Source: Acaryochloris marina MBIC11017 (GTDB taxonomy: Bacteria > Cyanobacteriota > Cyanobacteriia > Thermosynechococcales > Thermosynechococcaceae). From it: 32,000 nt of DNA. Numbering within the stretch: position 1 is the stretch's first letter; each line of letters opens with the position of its first letter. Positions 26,514-32,000 of this stretch are shown here, piece by piece. The notes under the pieces are model-generated. The model did not search any database and had not been told where the DNA came from. It saw only the letters and a list, made by a program, of their open reading frames with translations. A program made the position numbers and the translations under genes. The stretch spans positions 6,420,001-6,452,000 of the forward strand of contig NC_009925.1 of NCBI RefSeq assembly GCF_000018105.1. The letters are read 5' to 3'.

Positions 26514-27320
26514 ATGAAAATACAAGGAAAAACGGCACTGATTACAGGTGCATCCCGAGGGATTGGCCGTGCGATCGCAAAAGAATTAGCCCAGCAAGGA
26601 ATGGATAAAGTTATCCTTGTGGCACGCAATCAGGCCCGCTTACAGGAAGTCGCCACAGAAATAGAAGCTATCGGTACCCAAGCAGTTGTTCTTCCTTTGG
26701 ATCTAACTCAGACGGTAGAGGTGAATATCGCCATCGCCCAGACCTGGAAGCAGCATGGCCCCATCCACTTGCTTGTGAATTGTGCTGGGGTGGCCCATCA
26801 AGCCCCCTTTCTACAAACTAAGCTCCCCAAAGTTCAGGAAGAGCTGTCTCTCAATCTCATGGGCATTTACAGCATGACTCAGGTCTTGGCGCGACGAATG
26901 GCCAGTAAAAAAGAAGGACGAATCGTGAACGTCTCCAGTCTGATGGGCAAAATAGGAGCCCCAACCATGGCCACCTACTCCGCCACCAAATTCGCAATTT
27001 TGGGCTTTACCCAGGCGCTGCGTACGGAGTTGGCTGCTCACAATATTAAAGTCACAGCTCTCTTGCCTTCTCTCACAGAAACAGATATGACTCGCAATAC
27101 CCAGCGGTTTCGCTGGGTCGCAGCCATGACCCCCGAGAAAGTGGCTAAGGTTTTAGTCAACAGTCTGGCAAAGGAATCCCCAGAAATTCTGGTGGGATGG
27201 CAAAGCCACCTAGCCGTCTTGGGTAACCGTTTTGCCCCTAGGTTTTTGGAGTGGTGGCTGCAACTCACTGCGCCTCGGTCTGAGCAGCCTAAGAAATCCA
27301 TCTGGAGTCGAGGTTATTAA
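26514..27320 (+). CDS. Short-chain dehydrogenase/reductase (classical SDR)
   Basis: TGASRGIGRAIA, NCAG, S...YSATK. ATG 26514 is preceded by GGGAGG (26502-26507); the listed start 26463 is GTG. Confidence 0.9.
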   Translation: MKIQGKTALITGASRGIGRAIAKELAQQGMDKVILVARNQARLQEVATEIEAIGTQAVVLPLDLTQTVEVNIAIAQTWKQHGPIHLLVNCAGVAHQAPFLQTKLPKVQEELSLNLMGIYSMTQVLARRMASKKEGRIVNVSSLMGKIGAPTMATYSATKFAILGFTQALRTELAAHNIKVTALLPSLTETDMTRNTQRFRWVAAMTPEKVAKVLVNSLAKESPEILVGWQSHLAVLGNRFAPRFLEWWLQLTAPRSEQPKKSIWSRGY

Positions 27321-27328
27321 TTTTTGGA

Positions 27329-27360
27329 GCCAGTGGGAAATGATATCGTTCCCCACTGGC
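27329..27360 (+). other. Stem-loop 9 nt after the SDR stop codon
   Basis: GCCAGTGGG (27329-27337) pairs with CCCACTGGC (27352-27360), a 9-bp perfect stem. No downstream T-tract, so it is not a canonical intrinsic terminator. Confidence 0.35.
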
Positions 27361-27523
27361 AAATTGCTGAAGCCTATGGTCCCTCAGGGGGCATCTATCA
27401 AAAATCCAGTCTTTATTACAAGCAATTCTCAAGAAGTTGAAGTAAAAGATCGTATTGACTGAACTGTCCCTTGCTCACTTGAAGAACCTAGCTTAAAAGG
27501 TTCAAATCAGCCCAAATATCTCA

Positions 27524-27543
27524 ATATTGACATGGGTCAATAT
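27524..27543. promoter_or_regulatory. 20-bp palindrome upstream of the kinase gene
   Basis: ATATTGAC-ATGG-GTCAATAT with perfect 8-bp arms. It overlaps a 10-bp palindrome TCAATATTGA (27521-27530). It lies about 140 nt upstream of ATG 27684. Confidence 0.3.
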
Positions 27544-27683
27544 CAGAGGGTGAAACCCTATTGGGGATGTTCAGTAATCAAATCCCTATAATTCATAATT
27601 CGAATTGTAATTTTACGAACATATATAAATCAGCAACCCTCGGTATTCTGATAATCGTGGGAAGTTTCTATGGTCCAAGTTGG

Positions 27684-29504
27684 ATGGTCAATTGTCTGAA
27701 TCCAGATTGCCAGAAACCCGTCAACCCCGATCTTGATCAACAGTGCCAATGTTGTGGGAGATCTCCTAATTTACTGCGACATCGATATAAGATCCTTAAA
27801 CCCATCGGCCAGGGAGGATTTGGGAAAACCTATTTAGCTGAAGATATTGATAACTTCCATGAGCTTTGTGTGGTCAAGCAGTTGATTTGCCCGACTCAAG
27901 ATCAACAAATAGAAAAGAAACTACAGCTTTTTTTGAGGGAAGCCCAGCAGCTTCAGAAACTCAAGCAGAACCCGCAAGTTCCAAGCCTCCTGGCTTATTT
28001 TGAAGACAATCAACATCCCTATTTAGTTCAAGAATTCGTGGATGGTCAAAATCTGCAGGAGGAACTTGAGCAAAACGGTATTTTCAATGAAGATAAAATC
28101 CGACTTGTACTGCTAGATTTACTCCCGATTCTGCAGGACATTCATGAGCAAAATATCGTCCATCGAGATCTTAAACCCGTCAACATCATGCGACGGTTTG
28201 CCGATCAACATTTAGTTCTGATCGACTTCGGTATTGCCAAACAAGATAGTTTTTCAAAAATGATGCAATCGGGAACTATCTTAGGTACCGAGGGATTTGC
28301 TCCGCTGGAGCAATTTATTGATGGTAAAGTTTGCCCTGCTAGTGACCTTTTTAGCCTAGGGGTTTGTTGTTTTAATCTACTCACAGGCATTTACCCCGAT
28401 CATCTCAAACATCTCCAAGGGTATGCCTGGGTGAATGAATGGCAAAAACATTTACCTCAGCCGATCAGTCAAGATTTAGCCGCCATTATTGATAAATTGT
28501 TGCGTATCAAAATATGCGATCGCTTCACCTCTGCCGATGAGGTTCTAGCCGCCCTAGCCCCAGGCTCACTCAAATACGGAAATAATGATTTAACCTTACC
28601 CACAACTAACTGGCCCACAGCCATTTCTACCCACATCTCCTCCCATTACAGGCAAAGTAGTGTGTCTCTTCCCTCTACCGCCTTAGAGCCCTTTAGTTAT
28701 GAAGGGCTGGAAGTGGATCCACAGGGGAAATTTATGACTCGCACCCAATATCTGGGTCAGCGGTTCTTGGAAGATTTAGGCAATGACTTCATCGAAATGG
28801 TTGCAATTCCAGCAGGGCAGTTTTGGATGGGATCTGCAGACCATGATCCCCAACGATACGGTGATGAAGGTCCGCAGCATAGGGTTTCGATTGCCCCGTT
28901 TTACCTGGGTAGGGTGTTGATCACCCAAGCCCAATGGCAACAAATTATGGGAAATAACCCATCTTCGTTTCAGGACCCTAAACGTCCCGTAGAACAAGTG
29001 TCTTGGATAGACGTGGTGGAATTTTGCCAGCGTCTTTCCCATCGCACTGGGCGACCCTATCGATTACCCAGTGAAGCTGAATGGGAATATGCTTGTCGGG
29101 CCGGGACAACCACGCCTTTTCAATTTGGAGCCAGCATCACCTCCGATCTCGCCAATTTTGATAGCAATCAAGCCCATGATTCTGGTCCTCAGGGACAATA
29201 TCGAAAACAGACAACGGAAGTGGGATGTTTCCCCGCCAATGCGTTTGGCCTCTATGACATGGCGGGCAATTTGTGGGAATGGTGTCAAGATACCTGGCAC
29301 AGCAGCTATCAAAATGCCCCGAATAATGGCAGTGCTTGGGAGGAAGACGATAGTTCCTATCGGGTTCTGCGGGGTGGTGCTTGGATCTATTCTGCCCGGT
29401 ACTGTCGATCCGCTGCTCGATACTATGTCTCCCAAGACTGCAGCAATTTCTATATTGGCTTTCGAATTGCCCTGTCGACCCTAGCCTCTGAAGGAGTGGT
29501 CTAG
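27684..29504 (+). CDS. Ser/Thr protein kinase with an N-terminal Cys4 zinc ribbon and a C-terminal FGE-sulfatase (SUMF1/EgtB/PvdO-like, C-type-lectin fold) domain
   Basis: CLNPDC...CQCCG, GQGGFGKTY, VVKQL, HRDLKPVN, DFGIAK, GTEGFAPLE. FGE-like part: MVAIPAGQFWMGS, YRLPSEAEWEYACRAGT, FGLYDMAGNLWEWCQD, VLRGGAW...CRSAAR...IGFRIA. Start is probably ATG 27684 (MVNCLNPDC); the listed 27561 is an upstream extension. Confidence 0.9.
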   Translation: MVNCLNPDCQKPVNPDLDQQCQCCGRSPNLLRHRYKILKPIGQGGFGKTYLAEDIDNFHELCVVKQLICPTQDQQIEKKLQLFLREAQQLQKLKQNPQVPSLLAYFEDNQHPYLVQEFVDGQNLQEELEQNGIFNEDKIRLVLLDLLPILQDIHEQNIVHRDLKPVNIMRRFADQHLVLIDFGIAKQDSFSKMMQSGTILGTEGFAPLEQFIDGKVCPASDLFSLGVCCFNLLTGIYPDHLKHLQGYAWVNEWQKHLPQPISQDLAAIIDKLLRIKICDRFTSADEVLAALAPGSLKYGNNDLTLPTTNWPTAISTHISSHYRQSSVSLPSTALEPFSYEGLEVDPQGKFMTRTQYLGQRFLEDLGNDFIEMVAIPAGQFWMGSADHDPQRYGDEGPQHRVSIAPFYLGRVLITQAQWQQIMGNNPSSFQDPKRPVEQVSWIDVVEFCQRLSHRTGRPYRLPSEAEWEYACRAGTTTPFQFGASITSDLANFDSNQAHDSGPQGQYRKQTTEVGCFPANAFGLYDMAGNLWEWCQDTWHSSYQNAPNNGSAWEEDDSSYRVLRGGAWIYSARYCRSAARYYVSQDCSNFYIGFRIALSTLASEGVV

Positions 29505-29513
29505 ATAGCCATC

Positions 29514-29530
29514 CCACTAAACATTAGTGG
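29514..29530 (+). other. Hairpin 9 nt after the kinase stop codon
   Basis: CCACTAA-ACA-TTAGTGG, a perfect 7-bp stem, followed by ATTTGATTT. Confidence 0.4.
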
Positions 29531-29701
29531 ATTTGATTTCCTTGAATTTGCATTAAAACCTACGGTTAATTTAGTTTCTTCGTAGGAGAATTTAGATTGA
29601 CTAGAGTTAAAGCTTATAATGCTGGTCTCAGGATTCTTTACCCTTAGGCTGTGGATAAGCGGCCTAGTCCAGTTACAGTTCGAACCTTCAGATCACCCAA
29701 T

Positions 29702-32000
29702 ATGAACAGCAATACCACTCCTGCCCAGCAAGGTCTCTACGATCCACAATTTGAGCATGATGCCTGTGGGTTGGGGTTTGTCGTTCATCAGTTGGGTCAA
29801 AAATCCCATGACATTATTGAACAGGCCCTGACAATTTTGGTGAATCTGGATCACCGGGGGGCCTGTGGTTGTGAAACTAATACGGGCGATGGTGCGGGTC
29901 TACTGATGCAGATCCCCCATGGTTTTTTCCAGAAAGAAGCAGCCCGATTGGGGTTTGAACTTCCCAAACCCGGACAGTATGGGGTCGGGATGATCTATGC
30001 ATCCCCTGATGCCCAAGAGCGGCAAGCCAGTCGCCGCGCCTTTGAACAGGTCGCAACCCAAGAAGGCCACAAGGTTCTGGGTTGGCGAGACGTACCTACC
30101 GATAATTCCTCCTTGGGTAACACGGCCAAGGCCAGCGAACCCTTTATGGAGCAGGTCTTTATCCAGTGCAGTCCTGATGTGAAGGATGATATGGCCTTTG
30201 AGCGCAAACTATATGTGCTGCGCAAGTTGTCCCACAACGCCATTCGCCCCACAGGTATAGATGGACATTGGTATATCTCCAGTATGTCCTCCCGCACCAT
30301 CGTCTATAAGGGCATGTTGATGCCCATCCAGGTGGGCCAATATTACCCCGACCTCCATGATCCTGATATGGAATCAGCTTTGGGATTAGTACACTCACGA
30401 TTTAGCACCAATACCTTTCCAAGTTGGGATCGGGCTCACCCCTATCGCTACATTGCCCACAATGGTGAAATCAATACGATGCGGGGCAATATCAACTGGA
30501 TGCTGGCTCGCCAGTCCATGTTTGAGTCGGAGCTATTTGGCGAAGATATGGCCAAAGTCCAGCCCGTGATTAACGTGGACGGCAGTGACTCCACCATTTT
30601 CGATAACACGTTAGAGATGCTGTTTTTGGCGGGACGCTCCCTTCCCCATGCCGCCATGATGATGATTCCCGAACCTTGGACGGCCCATGAGTCCATGAGT
30701 GCGGAGAAAAAAGCTTTTTATAAGTACCATTCCTGCTTGATGGAACCCTGGGATGGTCCAGCATCAATTTCCTTTACGGATGGCACCATGATTGGGGCGG
30801 TTCTGGATCGGAATGGCTTGCGGCCCTCCCGCTATTACGTCACCAAAGATAACTTGGTGATTATGGCTTCAGAAGCTGGAGTGCTGCCCATTGAACCAGA
30901 GCGAGTGGCGAAGAAAGGTCGTCTCACCCCTGGGCGGATGTTTGTGGTGGATATGAAGGAAGGCCGGATTATTTCTGACCAGGAACTGAAAGACCAGATT
31001 ATTTCTGAACATCCTTATCAGGACTGGCTGGATCAACAGATGGTGAGTGTTGAACAGCTCCCTGCAGCAGACGCTGCTCCCGAATATGATGCCAAGACCG
31101 TGCTGCAGCGGCAGATGGCCTTTGGCTACACCTTTGAAGAACTGCGAATGCTGATTGCCCCGATGGCCAATAACGGGGTAGAGGCGATTGGGGCCATGGG
31201 GACGGATACCCCCCTAGCGGTGCTTTCTAATAAGCCAAAGCTGCTGTACAACTACTTCCAGCAACTGTTTGCTCAGGTGACTAATCCCCCAATTGACTCG
31301 ATTCGGGAAGCGATTATTACCTCACCTGAAACCACGATTGGTTCCGAACGTAATTTACTGAAGCCAGAGCCAGAAAGCTGTCATCTTCTGGAGCTAAAAA
31401 CGCCTCTTCTGACTAATGCGGAGCTGGCCAAAATTAAGGCTCTCAACGGTGATCCGTTTAAGTCAGTAACCTTGCCGATTTTGTTTGATCCCAATGCTGG
31501 GGTGCAGGGCTTAGAAGCAGCCATGATGAGCATTTGTCAGCAGGCGGATGATGAGATCGCATCCGGTGCAAGTCTGATTGTACTTAGCGATCGCAACTTG
31601 GATCATGACCATGCCCCTATCCCTGCCTTATTGGCTGTCTCTGGACTGCATCACCATTTAATTAGGGAAGGAACCCGAACTCGGGTGGGTCTGGTATTGG
31701 AATCCGGTGAACCCCGAGAAGTTCATCATTATGCGGTTCTGATTGGCTATGGCTGCGGTGCCATCAATCCCTATGTCGCCTTTGAAACCATTCACGACAT
31801 GATTCACCAGGGGCTGATGGTGGACATTGATCCAAAAACGGCCTGTAAGAATTACATCAAGGCCGCCACTAAGGGCGTGATTAAAGTAGCCTCCAAGATC
31901 GGAATTTCCACCATTCAGAGCTATCGCGGCGCTCAAATATTTGAAGCCATTGGCCTGAATAAATCAGTAGTGGATAAATACTTTAGCTGGACGGCCTCTC
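29702..32000 (+). CDS. gltB: Glutamate synthase large (alpha) subunit, bacterial NAD(P)H-type N-terminus; 3'-truncated by the window edge
   Basis: Not in the ORF track because no stop lies in the window. Hand translation from ATG 29702 gives [28 protein letters not shown] (Ntn catalytic Cys22 after a propeptide), [53 protein letters not shown] and [10 protein letters not shown]. The frame stays open to nt 32000. Confidence 0.9.
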   Translation, partial: MNSNTTPAQQGLYDPQFEHDACGLGFVVHQLGQKSHDIIEQALTILVNLDHRGACGCETNTGDGAGLLMQIPHGFFQKEAARLGFELPKPGQYGVGMIYASPDAQERQASRRAFEQVATQEGHKVLGWRDVPTDNSSLGNTAKASEPFMEQVFIQCSPDVKDDMAFERKLYVLRKLSHNAIRPTGIDGHWYISSMSSRTIVYKGMLMPIQVGQYYPDLHDPDMESALGLVHSRFSTNTFPSWDRAHPYRYIAHNGEINTMRGNINWMLARQSMFESELFGEDMAKVQPVINVDGSDSTIFDNTLEMLFLAGRSLPHAAMMMIPEPWTAHESMSAEKKAFYKYHSCLMEPWDGPASISFTDGTMIGAVLDRNGLRPSRYYVTKDNLVIMASEAGVLPIEPERVAKKGRLTPGRMFVVDMKEGRIISDQELKDQIISEHPYQDWLDQQMVSVEQLPAADAAPEYDAKTVLQRQMAFGYTFEELRMLIAPMANNGVEAIGAMGTDTPLAVLSNKPKLLYNYFQQLFAQVTNPPIDSIREAIITSPETTIGSERNLLKPEPESCHLLELKTPLLTNAELAKIKALNGDPFKSVTLPILFDPNAGVQGLEAAMMSICQQADDEIASGASLIVLSDRNLDHDHAPIPALLAVSGLHHHLIREGTRTRVGLVLESGEPREVHHYAVLIGYGCGAINPYVAFETIHDMIHQGLMVDIDPKTACKNYIKAATKGVIKVASKIGISTIQSYRGAQIFEAIGLNKSVVDKYFSWTAS

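Noticed and set aside
27561-27683. N-terminal extension of the kinase ORF (MGMFSNQIPIIHNSNCNF...)
   Set aside because: The segment is AT-rich with non-protein-like composition. The Cys4 zinc-ribbon N-terminus typical of these kinases begins right at ATG 27684.
29672-29685. GT-N10-AC (GTTACAGTTCGAAC), a minimal NtcA-type site upstream of gltB. Also GTA-N6-TAC near 13308-13319 upstream of gltD.
   Set aside because: The first lacks the GTA/TAC triplets and lies only about 20 nt from the ATG, which is incompatible with a -41.5 activator site. The second has the wrong spacing.
1-32000. Search for CRISPR arrays, IS/transposase or integrase genes, rRNA/tRNA genes, and a DGR template repeat or reverse transcriptase
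   Set aside because: I saw no regularly spaced direct repeats, no transposase- or RT-like ORF and no AAC/AAT-rich copy of 29361-29470. Absence is judged by eye only.

Overview
This is a cyanobacterial chromosomal segment. The HIP1 octamer GCGATCGC occurs 16 times, where well under one copy is expected by chance.

The window mixes housekeeping genes with many signalling genes.
- Housekeeping: hemE, a Fur-family regulator, the small subunit of NAD(P)H glutamate synthase (gltD), the 5' part of a large glutamate synthase subunit that runs off the right edge (found by hand translation, absent from the ORF track), a PitA-type phosphate transporter, a LivK/NatB-type lipoprotein binding protein and an SDR.
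- Signalling: three consecutive hybrid histidine kinases, a Ser/Thr kinase fused to an FGE-like domain, and a divergent Roadblock/LC7 plus Ras-like GTPase pair followed by a metallo-beta-lactamase-fold gene.
- Left part: a 5'-truncated calpain-type protease ORF, then an apparent three-gene operon (Arg-type cysteine dioxygenase, EamA transporter, GshB-like ATP-grasp ligase) and a DUF3298-type secreted protein.

I found no rRNA, tRNA, CRISPR array, transposase or integrase. I cannot point to a clear-cut new multi-gene system. The best leads are:
1. The 3' end of the kinase-FGE gene has the codon and amino-acid signature of a diversity-generating-retroelement variable repeat, but no template repeat or reverse transcriptase lies in this window.
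2. The small GTPase carries Trp and Ala at the Ras G12 and Q61 positions and sits next to a Roadblock-domain protein.
3. The cysteine dioxygenase / EamA / GshB-like operon.
4. The calpain-like protease lies in an AT-richer, HIP1-free edge.

All functional calls rest on motif recognition by eye. No database search was possible.
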